A stretch of DNA of 64,000 bases from a virus. A program made the position numbers and the translations under genes. Of this stretch, positions 20,653 to 30,271 are shown in pieces. How positions within the stretch are numbered: the first letter of the stretch is position 1; every line of letters begins with the position of its first letter. The DNA is taken from positions 1-64,000 of IMG/VR virus record IMGVR_UViG_3300010430_000024; one strand, given 5' to 3'. The notes beneath the pieces were generated by a model. The model was not told where the DNA came from and made no database searches. It saw only the letters and a program-made list of their open reading frames with translations.

Positions 20653-21455
20653 GTTCGCAAACTGAAGAACTTCGCGACCGTCAACAGACGACGCACGACG
20701 AACTCTCCGAATGAACTGGTAACTGTGTGAGCTGAGATCAGGGCATCCCAGACGGCTGCTGCCTGAGCATCTGCTGTGGTCTGTGCAAGGATCGCTGCGA
20801 TGTCAGCTTCGAGATCAGGTAAGCCTGCAATCGTTCCTGATGACGATAGCGTCACCACCACCTGCGTGAAGGCAGTCGGTGAGATTGCATTGGTGGGAAC
20901 CAAGAGCGTGTCCAGCCCTACCACGTTGCCACCCTGTACCGTCATCTGCTCGACATTGAAGACGTGATAGAAGTCACCGAACTGGAAAGAGTTGTCGATG
21001 CCGTTCACCAGCGTCTTCGTGGTCAGTGTGTTCAGGTCATCAACTGCTATGACATCAGCGATGCTTCGGTCTGTGAAGTTGATCACCAGTGAGCCACGAT
21101 CAACACCAGCAGTAACGAAGTCAGCTGCCGTATCAACGAAGGTGATCTCTCCCTGTAGTGTTGGTGCGCCTGATGCGGTGGTTACCGTACCAGTCTCAGC
21201 AGGTGTGGTACGTGCCTCGAATGCCAGCTTCAGGTCTTGCTCTGACAGGGTGATGTCAACCAGCTTGCCACCACCAAGGTCATCCTTGCCGCCTGCGCTA
21301 ATCAGGAATGGGTGCGACATAGCCTGAAAGGATGACTCGAACGGACGTGTGGTATCGACGTAATCCTGCACCAGCAATTCTACTGATGGTGAGGCGACCT
21401 CTGCGACCCTTGGGGATCGTCTTAGATCATACGTTACGTCCGTTCGTGTGGTCAT
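20649..21455 (-). CDS. Putative virion structural protein
   Basis: 268 aa Thr/Val-rich; shares a DTAADFVTAGV-like module with the 851-aa protein (DSTADFVTDGV). Confidence 0.5.
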   Translation of the reverse strand: MTTRTDVTYDLRRSPRVAEVASPSVELLVQDYVDTTRPFESSFQAMSHPFLISAGGKDDLGGGKLVDITLSEQDLKLAFEARTTPAETGTVTTASGAPTLQGEITFVDTAADFVTAGVDRGSLVINFTDRSIADVIAVDDLNTLTTKTLVNGIDNSFQFGDFYHVFNVEQMTVQGGNVVGLDTLLVPTNAISPTAFTQVVVTLSSSGTIAGLPDLEADIAAILAQTTADAQAAAVWDALISAHTVTSSFGEFVVRRLLTVAKFFSLRT

Positions 21456-22015
21456 GATCCTTCTGCTACTGCTCCCAGTTTTGCCAGCTCTTTGTCACGC
21501 TGCCTGCACAGTGCTAAGCACTCACTGAACTCCTTGATGCTCGCGTCCTCTGCAACGATGACTGCCTTGCAACGCTCGATGCCCTCATTGTTCTGGATGA
21601 TCTGCTTCCTCATGGCCTTCACGTCGTATGGTGGGAACTTCTTCTTCAGCTCTCTGATGCCATCGTCACGAACCTGTGCCGTTATACCGTTAGAGCCTTG
21701 TCCTTTTTCCAGCTTGTAAATCTCATCATCACGGTGCTGGCACATCCTGATCTGACCGTCGTACTCACTGGTCATTGTGTTGAGCTGACTCATGGTCGTC
21801 TGCATTCGCTTCTTGTTGTCTTCGCACTCATGGATGCGAGAGACCAAGTAGTCAATGCGGTGTGTCGGGTACTCCGCATTGACTGTCTCGATTGCATGTA
21901 ACCGTTCAGCCTTAATGGCCTCTGGCAACTGTGCCTTCGCCTCATTACCCAGACCAAGGGGCAGCTCATCAATCCTCTGCCCCTTGATGCGGATACTATC
22001 TACGCCTTTACTCAT
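21452..22015 (-). CDS. Hypothetical coiled-coil protein
   Basis: 187 aa coupled ORF. Confidence 0.55.
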   Translation of the reverse strand: MSKGVDSIRIKGQRIDELPLGLGNEAKAQLPEAIKAERLHAIETVNAEYPTHRIDYLVSRIHECEDNKKRMQTTMSQLNTMTSEYDGQIRMCQHRDDEIYKLEKGQGSNGITAQVRDDGIRELKKKFPPYDVKAMRKQIIQNNEGIERCKAVIVAEDASIKEFSECLALCRQRDKELAKLGAVAEGS

Positions 22016-22030
22016 ACCCCTGTCTCCTGA

Positions 22031-24586
22031 TTACGTGGCGATTGTGTCTAGCTGCCTTACAACGGTCACTGCACCACCACTGGCTGTTACTTCTGCGTTC
22101 TGCGTGAATGGCAGGATCACCTTGCCCTGCCTGACGTTCACTACAGTGTCGAACACTGTTGATTGTACGAACGTGTTACTGGTCGTCGCACCTGTTGCTT
22201 CTACATCGAGAATCAAGTCGTACACAGTGTCGCTCGTGTCGTATGCCTGAATCGTCTCGTTGATGGTGTACGCCTCGCCAGAATCAGCGAGACCTCCAGC
22301 ACCGTATACCAGCCTGATCACCAGCGTGTTGAGGTCAGTCCTGCTCACCACTTCAAAGGTTGAGCTGCCAACAGACGCGAAGTGAATCAACATGCCCGGA
22401 TTCACACCGTCAGTTACAAAGTCAGCAGTCGAGTCTTCGAGCAACGTATCTGTCGTACCTGTCGTGGTTGAGCTTGGAGTGACCGGATGCAAGACGAATG
22501 AACCACCTGCGCCTGTCACCCTGCTGTCGTACTCGTAGCGATGCTCTTCCTGCTCATCAACTGCGACCACTCGAACGTAACCAGCGGTTGGCACTTCGGT
22601 ATCGACCGTGCCAGTGATCAGCAGAGTCGTTGCAGATATTCCCGTCGCTGCCATGCCACCGAACTGATCCTTATCGATGATGCCATCAACACCTGTGTCG
22701 CGAGCCACCAGCACCCTGTCGAGGGCCGCTGTATTCGAGACGATGAATGACACGGTATTCGGGCTAACCCGTTGCGTACCGTTGTCATCGATCAGCGTGT
22801 ATGCCTGCGTGTCGTTGTCGTGCTGTCCTGTGTACAGGATGCCGCGACTTCCGAACAACTGAGTACCTGTGAACGTGCCGAATGGTGAGCCTTTGTTACT
22901 CGATGGGAAGTTCTGAATTGCCCCACCAGCGCCACCAGTGTCTGCATTAACCGTGTCACCACCAGTCGTATCAGTCAGCAGGTCATTGTCAGCGATGCCA
23001 TCAAGTGACGTTTGCTGATCGGTGACCATGATGTAGTTCTGCAACGTGCCTTCACCTGCTGCTGTTGCATTCACACCAAGCACTCGTGCTGTGTAGCCAC
23101 CCTGCCCGGTGATGTCATCACCCTGAGTGAATGTGCCTGACTCAGTGACGGTCCAGACCTGCGCCTCGATGCCGTGATACTGCTCACCATCAACAGAGCA
23201 AGCCACCGTGTCCCAGAACGTGTTGTCCTGTCCACGTCGCGTCACATACTTGATGCGCTCGTAGACATCGGCTACTGCGACACCGTTGGCACCCGGACCC
23301 TGTGCATCAATCGTCACCGAGTACGGCTCGGTTGTGCCTGATCCATCATGGTCGGACAGCACATGACCGATGGTAATAGTCACTGTGCCACCGTTGCCTG
23401 CACCCGTCTCAGTCGGTCCACCTACATTCGCTGTCGGTGCGCCGTTGATCGTGCCGTTACGGTTGGCACTGGTGAAGGTGTCAGTCGTGGCAAATGGTGT
23501 GAGGTCTCCTACCTCGTAGTACTCGAACGTACCAGTTGCACCTGAGTCATTGACTGCGGTGACAACGTACGCGCCACCCTCCTTACTGCCAGTCGTGTTG
23601 TCCAGTACATCACCGACAAGCATCGCTGTACCCGTACCTGACTGCCACACACCAGCCCAGTAGCCAGTGGTGTTGTTGATGTCAGGACTGGATGCCAGCG
23701 GCAGAGCTGAAAAGCCACCTGCTGCGACGTTCAGTCGGAAGTTGTCGTACAGGGATGTATACCTGCGAGCGAAGACCTCCAAGTCCTCGTCAGCGATGTC
23801 AACACCCTGTGTTCTGGTACGGACCAGAATGGAGATGATGCCCAGTGCGAGGGTTGGATCGGTTGCCCACCACTGGAACACATTGGTCGCTGAGTCTGCC
23901 AGCTTGATGCGGTTCTGCACCACGTACACCTCGGTAGCTGTTGGAACGCTACCAATCGCCTGAATGGCTGTGTACTTGGTGATGCCGTCAGTCTCACCAG
24001 CGTCTGGTGTGTTCGAGCCTGTACCAGCTGGTGTATCACCTGTGCAACTGATCGTGCCAGTCGTGTCATCGAATGAATCACCCGTTCCCGGTGTCGAGTC
24101 ATCGGGCCTGATCCAGCACACGTTGGTGCCGTCAGGTTCGACCTCGAAGTCGAGTAGCGTACCAGTGTCGCCTGACACTGATGCCACTACCTGCTTGCCG
24201 ATGTCACCAGCCACGAAGTCCGTGACGATGGTGTACGGTTTGCGAATCACGCCGTTGCCGTTGGTGTCTGGCAAGATGACGTTGGTCCAGTCGGCTGTGA
24301 TCGTTCCTTCTTTCAGGAACTCGGTTGACGAACGTGGGATGAAGTACTTGTTCTCCATCGTGAATGCGTTCGGTGTGGTCGGCAGCATGGGGTTTGTGAA
24401 TCCCATGGCCTGAAACGCATCAGCCTCATCAGCAACGGCTGAGTAAAGCTGGAGCGTCGTATAGACGGTTGTGCCTGCGCCTGATGCACGACGTATCATT
24501 CTCATGCCAGCATTTGCGTCAGCACCTACCGTCTCGTCATCAAAGAGGATTTCAAAGTCACCTCCGAGAATGCTGAGTGTAGTCAT
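22031..24586 (-). CDS. Large acidic Thr/Gly-rich putative virion appendage protein
   Basis: 851 aa with RBS; beta-rich composition; KGSPFGTFTG...FGSRG motif. Confidence 0.6.
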   Translation of the reverse strand: MTTLSILGGDFEILFDDETVGADANAGMRMIRRASGAGTTVYTTLQLYSAVADEADAFQAMGFTNPMLPTTPNAFTMENKYFIPRSSTEFLKEGTITADWTNVILPDTNGNGVIRKPYTIVTDFVAGDIGKQVVASVSGDTGTLLDFEVEPDGTNVCWIRPDDSTPGTGDSFDDTTGTISCTGDTPAGTGSNTPDAGETDGITKYTAIQAIGSVPTATEVYVVQNRIKLADSATNVFQWWATDPTLALGIISILVRTRTQGVDIADEDLEVFARRYTSLYDNFRLNVAAGGFSALPLASSPDINNTTGYWAGVWQSGTGTAMLVGDVLDNTTGSKEGGAYVVTAVNDSGATGTFEYYEVGDLTPFATTDTFTSANRNGTINGAPTANVGGPTETGAGNGGTVTITIGHVLSDHDGSGTTEPYSVTIDAQGPGANGVAVADVYERIKYVTRRGQDNTFWDTVACSVDGEQYHGIEAQVWTVTESGTFTQGDDITGQGGYTARVLGVNATAAGEGTLQNYIMVTDQQTSLDGIADNDLLTDTTGGDTVNADTGGAGGAIQNFPSSNKGSPFGTFTGTQLFGSRGILYTGQHDNDTQAYTLIDDNGTQRVSPNTVSFIVSNTAALDRVLVARDTGVDGIIDKDQFGGMAATGISATTLLITGTVDTEVPTAGYVRVVAVDEQEEHRYEYDSRVTGAGGSFVLHPVTPSSTTTGTTDTLLEDSTADFVTDGVNPGMLIHFASVGSSTFEVVSRTDLNTLVIRLVYGAGGLADSGEAYTINETIQAYDTSDTVYDLILDVEATGATTSNTFVQSTVFDTVVNVRQGKVILPFTQNAEVTASGGAVTVVRQLDTIAT

Positions 24587-24598
24587 TGCGTGTTACTC

Positions 24599-26728
24599 CT
24601 AATCATTTAGTGGATCGAACTTTGCGATGGAGTCCACGGCTTGAGAAAGAGTAGCGGTAAGACCTGATGATGTAATGGTGCGAACAAGTTCGCCCGTTGG
24701 TGGTATGGGGAGATAGCGCGTCACATCTAGCGTGGCACTTCTGCCCAAGGCTTGGTTCGGAGACGATACCGAACCCACCAGCGCCCGTACAAAGAAGAAC
24801 GGACCCTGTGAATTGATGGTCGTGGTAGCCCAGTCACCCGGTGCGGTCCACGACACGATGTTTGATCCTGACACACTGAACGACGATGTGCCATCCGTCA
24901 CGCCAGTCAGTGCTGTCCATGCACCGTTCCAATACTGCCACGTGATGGTGAAGCCTGAGCCTACATCACTGACATACTGCTTCAGTCGCGTGAACTCTTC
25001 CGAGTGACCGTACAGGTACGCATCACCGTTCACTGCTGTGGCTGGAGTCAGTGTCATGTCATCCACGGCATTGCTATTGGATACGGTTGTCTCATCGGTG
25101 AACGCTCCACCATCATCAGCGATGGCAGCGTTACACAGTCCTTGGTTACGCGCCCTGACAAGAACGTCGATTCCAGCACCAAAGGCTGCTTCGTAGTTGA
25201 ATGTGGTGTCGGTCACTTTGCCAGTCGAGTCAGCCAGTCCTTCGAGCAACACATCACCGATAGTTACTGTGCCTAGTGTTTCGTTGGCAATCATGGTCGC
25301 TGCTGTGCCTTCCGCAAGACCATCGATGGTGATCGTGACAGCGTTGTTGATGGTCGGTGCTGTGCCTGAGTCCCTGATGGTGGGCGTAGCACCACCGTTC
25401 TGGATATTGATCGTTACAGCCGCATTAACTGAGATGTACACCTCTGCGTCTGTCGTGGCATCAGCGCCATAGCCGCTGTATGTGAAGTTGTCAAAGTCAT
25501 AGGTGCCTGTCACGCTGATCTCGATGGCGTGACCTGTGCCGTCACTGTTGAACACAGCGCCAGCCACATTGTTACTGTCGCCACTGGTATCCAGTAGCAC
25601 CGCACCGTTGGCATCGGTCGTACCGTTGTACGTCAGGTCCGACATGTTCATGCCGTTCCATATCATCTGGTCACAGTTGTTGAACGTGATCGAATCAGCG
25701 TTCTTGGATGCGTCAACACCCGGCCATGTGATTGCACCGAAGTCCACGAATGAGCTGCCATCAAGAGTGATCTCATCAAAGTCTGCGTTGTCGAAGTAGA
25801 ACTGACAGCGTGTACCAATGCTCTGGTTGGTAACACGTGTCTGCCTGAAGATGTTGGTGCCAGTGGCGTTACCTACCACTCGCATCGGGAAGTGATTGGC
25901 ACCCACTGCGTGTCCACCACCATTGTCACCCACATACAGCCATGTCTCATCAGTGCCAGCGAATGCTGTAGTTGCAGTGCCTGCGTCTCCCCACTCTGTA
26001 GGCACGAAGATATAGTACGTTGAGCCAATGGGGTTCGAGAACATACCAGCACCGACCGTGATGTCATCACCCACCAAGTCAGTCATAGTCTCTGGCGTAC
26101 CTGATGTGCCTCCAGAGATGGTTGCACAGTAACCTGTGGTCGCGCTGGTGCTGTTGGCAAGGTAGTAGATGCCATCGAAGAAGGTGTTCGGGATCGTACC
26201 CTGTCCCTTAATCAGATGGATTGAGCCGTAACCCACCTGCTTGATGATGGTCTGATCAAGCGTGGCTTCAGTACCTGCGTGAGTGTAGAAGTCCACGTTA
26301 TCGGTGCCGGGTGCTGCCACGATAACTGACACATCCAGCTTCATGGTTGAGTACTTCTTCTCGTACGGTAAACCAATAACATCATAGCCAGCCACTGCAT
26401 ACCCGATGACATGGGTGCTGGTGCCATCTGCTGTGTCAGCGAGAACAACCTGAGCGCCGAGTCCTGCAAAATTATCGTGCAGGTTGTCCTTGATCATCAG
26501 GTAGATGGTGGAGTCGGACAGATCAAGGTTGAACGTCGAACCAGCAGCGTCCTGATCGTATGCCAGATACTCCTGTGCGTTGGTAACCTGAAACTGCAAC
26601 GCATTGGTGCCTTCGATGACAACACCAGACTCTGCTGTGTTCGACTGCGGGTCAGCGTTACTGTCCGATGCTACATCAGCAACAGCTTCACAATCTTGGA
26701 GTTGGGTTCTGTTATCAGCGAGTGCCAT
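24599..26728 (-). CDS. Large acidic putative virion protein, possible beta-helix segment
   Basis: 709 aa. Asn/Thr/Asp-rich repeats (GHAIEISVTGTYDFDNFTYSGY). Confidence 0.55.
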   Translation of the reverse strand: MALADNRTQLQDCEAVADVASDSNADPQSNTAESGVVIEGTNALQFQVTNAQEYLAYDQDAAGSTFNLDLSDSTIYLMIKDNLHDNFAGLGAQVVLADTADGTSTHVIGYAVAGYDVIGLPYEKKYSTMKLDVSVIVAAPGTDNVDFYTHAGTEATLDQTIIKQVGYGSIHLIKGQGTIPNTFFDGIYYLANSTSATTGYCATISGGTSGTPETMTDLVGDDITVGAGMFSNPIGSTYYIFVPTEWGDAGTATTAFAGTDETWLYVGDNGGGHAVGANHFPMRVVGNATGTNIFRQTRVTNQSIGTRCQFYFDNADFDEITLDGSSFVDFGAITWPGVDASKNADSITFNNCDQMIWNGMNMSDLTYNGTTDANGAVLLDTSGDSNNVAGAVFNSDGTGHAIEISVTGTYDFDNFTYSGYGADATTDAEVYISVNAAVTINIQNGGATPTIRDSGTAPTINNAVTITIDGLAEGTAATMIANETLGTVTIGDVLLEGLADSTGKVTDTTFNYEAAFGAGIDVLVRARNQGLCNAAIADDGGAFTDETTVSNSNAVDDMTLTPATAVNGDAYLYGHSEEFTRLKQYVSDVGSGFTITWQYWNGAWTALTGVTDGTSSFSVSGSNIVSWTAPGDWATTTINSQGPFFFVRALVGSVSSPNQALGRSATLDVTRYLPIPPTGELVRTITSSGLTATLSQAVDSIAKFDPLND

Positions 26729-27139
26729 CTACTGACCCCACCTGACTGCTAACGCGATGGCTGCTGCATTGCATCCATAGAGGTGAGCCTTGGTTGGTCC
26801 AGCCTCAGTGCTGATGCTGTAGGTCTCATTGACTCGTGCGTGTTCCATGTTGTTCATAGCAGTGTTGCCCACCACGATCACGATGTCCTCATCCTGTGGT
26901 ATGGCAGACACCGGGTTGTAACCTGTTGGCTCAAGGAAGACTCGTGTACCCGGACCAGCACTAAGCAGTGCCGTCATCATGTTGTCGCACTGCATGAAGG
27001 CGTAGTTATCCATCGACTCAACCACAGGCGTGAAGATGAAGTTGTCAACCTTGAATGATCCCTTCAGTTGTCGCCACAGCTGCCACTCCACTTCAGGTGG
27101 CATCTGCGTGGTCTCCCATCGTGCGACGACCGTGATCAC
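26729..27139 (-). CDS. SPOUT (SpoU/TrmH/TrmL-like) RNA methyltransferase-like protein
   Basis: RVFLEPTG...DIVIVVGN...YSIST...LYGCNAAAIAL resembles the SPOUT trefoil-knot motifs; GTG start. Confidence 0.45.
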   Translation of the reverse strand: MITVVARWETTQMPPEVEWQLWRQLKGSFKVDNFIFTPVVESMDNYAFMQCDNMMTALLSAGPGTRVFLEPTGYNPVSAIPQDEDIVIVVGNTAMNNMEHARVNETYSISTEAGPTKAHLYGCNAAAIALAVRWGQ

Positions 27140-27318
27140 CTATTCAGGTCATCCGACATTGGCTTGCGTGCCTTCGGTCTATTGCGACCGGGATGTGCTC
27201 CACCCGGACCTGAATCACCCGGCTTGCCCGGTGTGGTTATCTTCTTCGGCTTTGTCTTTGCTCGCTCTGGTTTAGCCCAGTCGCGCCGCTGTCTGCTCAT
27301 GTTGCTCATCTGCTGCTC

Positions 27319-27939
27319 CTATGAGTACGACAGGCTTAGCCTGTTGTCCCAGATGTTATCGAAGTTATCGTTGCCATCAGCAAACACGATAGCGATGTCA
27401 CCGTCTGACTGCATGGTCAGTCGTGAGATGCGCCATGATGCTGCTGATGTGAGTACACCGGGGAGTGCGTCACCACGGTAGGTCACCTCTGGAAATACAG
27501 AGGGGTCAATGGTGTCTGATCGAGTTGTTAGTGCCAAGCTGCCCGGACTCCCTTGCAAGACCCATGACCCAGTGACCTTGAGATAGATGTCACCGTTGTC
27601 TGCGTCAGTGTAGACATCTCCATCGCTACCCAGACCAGCGCCCGGTGCGCCGTTGCCAACGTAGTGAGTATTGCCATCAGCGCCGTCCTGACCACTAACT
27701 CCTGCTGGACCAGCCGCACCATCAGCACCATCTTCTCCCTGCTCACCCTGTGGGCCGCGTGGTGGCGTGTCTGATATGAGACCTTCTTCGTACCCTTCCT
27801 CATAGGCTGTCCACGAGCCACGGACCACTGATGCGTCGTAAGGGTTGTCGCGAGGACGACCAAACAAGGCATCGTTGAAGCCGTGGTCGAATGCGATCTT
27901 GCGTTGTCCAGAATATGCCAATGACTGTTCCCAATACAC
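27319..27939 (-). CDS. Collagen-repeat protein with RMF-like N terminus
   Basis: Gly-X-Y run (GPQGEQGEDGADGAAGPAG). N terminus AFDHGFND...DNPY...AYEEGYEEG. C terminus WRISRL...FDNIWDNRLSLSY. Confidence 0.6.
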   Translation of the reverse strand: MYWEQSLAYSGQRKIAFDHGFNDALFGRPRDNPYDASVVRGSWTAYEEGYEEGLISDTPPRGPQGEQGEDGADGAAGPAGVSGQDGADGNTHYVGNGAPGAGLGSDGDVYTDADNGDIYLKVTGSWVLQGSPGSLALTTRSDTIDPSVFPEVTYRGDALPGVLTSAASWRISRLTMQSDGDIAIVFADGNDNFDNIWDNRLSLSYS

Positions 27940-28217
27940 ATAGGGCAGCGGTTAAGCTGCCCCTGTTTGTTTGAGTCGCCACCTGTGGCAGGGACTAGGT
28001 GTTGATGGCTCAGCACCGTGCGCTATTCGTTACTGATTACTGACCGCGCTTGATCGCCATCGTTGTGAATCTTATACCATCAGCTGCTAATCAGCCAGTC
28101 TTCTTCTTTGACTTCTTCTTGGTCTTCTTTTTGGTGGTAGCCGTACCAGCTGATTGCTTAGCACGCAGCTCTTGGAGTTTGCGCCTCTGCGCCATGAAGG
28201 GTGTCTCGCTCATAGTG

Positions 28218-28532
28218 TTAGTTCCATGTGATTAGCCCCTGTCGTAGATCATCGACCTCTTGCGCGGTCAATCCGAATGGTTCAGTTGTATTCCACGAGT
28301 GGTGGCGCAGCTCGAAGTGAGTGCCACAGTTGACGACCATGATGCTGTCACCCTCGTTCGGGCACAGTCGGTACACATCCACAGTGCCCGTCAGCTCATC
28401 GATTCCATCTTTGTTGCTCATGCGGTGCCTCGTCATACTATGCACCCCTGCAACGCCACTGTAACGCTTAGACGGGACAATGCAACTCCATATCGTCTTC
28501 AGTACCAACCTTACACCAACCATTATCTCCAT
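28218..28532 (-). CDS. Hypothetical protein
   Basis: ORF in a coupled string; true start uncertain. Confidence 0.4.
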   Translation of the reverse strand: MEIMVGVRLVLKTIWSCIVPSKRYSGVAGVHSMTRHRMSNKDGIDELTGTVDVYRLCPNEGDSIMVVNCGTHFELRHHSWNTTEPFGLTAQEVDDLRQGLITWN

Positions 28533-29044
28533 CCCTTGAGACCGTCCTCATCTTCTCGTATGCGCTCTCTTGGTGTGTAGGCTGTCGAGTAGTAGTCAGG
28601 CTCGTACACCTTGTCAGCAACGATCACATCATCTCCCAGTGAGTTCACGCAGCTCCAGTACTCACGCTGCTGAGTGCTCTGTGAGCATTGCTGCTCTAAG
28701 GGGCTTTTGGTCCTATCCTGTGCCAGTGTTCCCTCAGTGAGGTGCTCTGGGTTCTCTATACGGTATCCTGATGCCAGTGACACCATGTTAGGTGTGTCTG
28801 CTTGCATAGGGGCTAGGGCTTTACTTGCGTGTCTTGCCAACCAACTGTAGAACTTCTTGATTGTGACCGTCTCATACTCAGGACCAATGTACCTGATGTT
28901 GTTGCCCATGATCTCGAAGATTGATGGACCATAGAACTGCTTGCCACTGGGTATCGAGATCATCTTCTGTCCCGGTATCCACAGTCCAGCTGCGGTCATC
29001 ACACCACCTGCCATCAGTCCCTTCAGTAAGTCTCGTCTGTTCAT
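28523..29044 (-). CDS. Twin-arginine-leader protein carrying a domain similar to the N terminus of the 851-aa protein
   Basis: MNRRDLLKGL leader; PMQADTPN...EHLTEGTL versus PMLPTTPN...EFLKEGTI. Confidence 0.65.
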   Translation of the reverse strand: MNRRDLLKGLMAGGVMTAAGLWIPGQKMISIPSGKQFYGPSIFEIMGNNIRYIGPEYETVTIKKFYSWLARHASKALAPMQADTPNMVSLASGYRIENPEHLTEGTLAQDRTKSPLEQQCSQSTQQREYWSCVNSLGDDVIVADKVYEPDYYSTAYTPRERIREDEDGLKGWR

Positions 29045-29224
29045 TCCATAAATTCCCGGTACATCCTGTCCAGCAACTCCTGATCACTCTCCCTCCAGAT
29101 GAAGGGCTTTGTGTACGGTGCGCCAGTGATCTTGATGTGCATCTCCTTGGCTGTCTCGATCATGGCGTGCTTCATCGCGTCCTTGATCCGCATCTCTTCG
29201 TATCCGTGGTTACCGTTCACCATG

Positions 29225-29467
29225 TTATTCCATCACCCTCATTCCAACTACTTCTCGTGTCTCCATCATGGACTTAGCTAATGCCTTCGCATAGCGGTCG
29301 CTGATATCACCGTACAGACCCTCATCGATCTCTTCCTCGGTGATTGTGTACGCCAGCTTCACGCTTTTACGACCGAACTCTGGGAACTTCGGTGCCAGCT
29401 TTGATGCCATGGCGACCGTGGCAACACCTGCCACCAGTCCCTGCATAAATTTGCGTCTACTTAGCAT
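29225..29467 (-). CDS. Twin-arginine-leader miniprotein carrying a major-capsid fragment
   Basis: MLSRRKFM leader; 20 of 41 residues identical, ungapped, to the capsid protein in this window. Confidence 0.75.
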   Translation of the reverse strand: MLSRRKFMQGLVAGVATVAMASKLAPKFPEFGRKSVKLAYTITEEEIDEGLYGDISDRYAKALAKSMMETREVVGMRVME

Positions 29468-29723
29468 ACGTCCAGTCTTCTGCCATCAGGTCACCCTGAG
29501 ATGCCAGCCACGGCACAATGGTCCCTTGAGCGTTACGGATATCTATGTGTGGCAGGTAATTGATCACAGTGCCCTCTGGGTAGATGCCAAGCAGTGGTGG
29601 TCTGTCCACCGTGAACGTACTGCCCGGCACAAGAAAGATGAACTGGTCTGCACCATTCCATCCCTCTCTGGTCATCCTGTTGCCTTCTTTGATCTCAAAT
29701 AGTGCGTCTGAAAAATCCATCAT
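29457..29723 (-). CDS. DUF2829 / Tad2-like signalling-molecule sponge
   Basis: MDFSDAL..IK.G..MTR.GWNG..QFIFL...VPWLASQGDLMAEDW is the DUF2829 signature. Confidence 0.8.
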   Translation of the reverse strand: MMDFSDALFEIKEGNRMTREGWNGADQFIFLVPGSTFTVDRPPLLGIYPEGTVINYLPHIDIRNAQGTIVPWLASQGDLMAEDWTYAK

Positions 29724-29884
29724 CTTTCTCCACTTTGGTAGCTCTATCAATTACTGCAATCGTCTCTGCTGATATACCACGCATCCTAACGAACTGTGAC
29801 ATCTCCTTGAGTGCTTCGGCCTGTTCCCTAACCAAAGGACGTGAGGCTTTCACCTCATTGCGTAGCTCTCGCTCGCTCATCTTG

Positions 29885-30271
29885 TCAGGGTTCTTCATGC
29901 GCCTCTCTCCTTGCCTCAATCATTGGTCCGATGTTGCCCTTGCCGACGACTTCCGTGTACCGCATAGTCCTCCCCGAAGCGTGATCAAGCACTTCGTTGC
30001 GCTCTGCGTGGTACGTTCGCACTCTTCCTGCATCCTTACGACGCGCATTAGGTCTCTCGTAGTGGGAGAGTAATCGAGCAGCCAGATGATTGAACGCAGT
30101 TCTCTGATTTGTGACACGGCTTTTGCTGGCTGTTCCAATAGCTGTGATACCAGTGTCACGATGCGTGATTCGGCAGCAGTTTTCGTGTTTATTTCTGTGT
30201 TGTCCACCGCTTCCCTCCCCGGAGTACCACTCCAGTTTGAAATCTTTTTTTGTGAGGTGTAGCTCATCCAT
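29885..30271 (-). CDS. Stand-alone GGQ release-factor-domain (peptidyl-tRNA hydrolase-like) protein
   Basis: GSGGQHRNK.ENCCRITH..TGI...SRVTNQ..A and VRTYH...V.DH..G. Confidence 0.85.
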   Translation of the reverse strand: MDELHLTKKDFKLEWYSGEGSGGQHRNKHENCCRITHRDTGITAIGTASKSRVTNQRTAFNHLAARLLSHYERPNARRKDAGRVRTYHAERNEVLDHASGRTMRYTEVVGKGNIGPMIEARREAHEEP

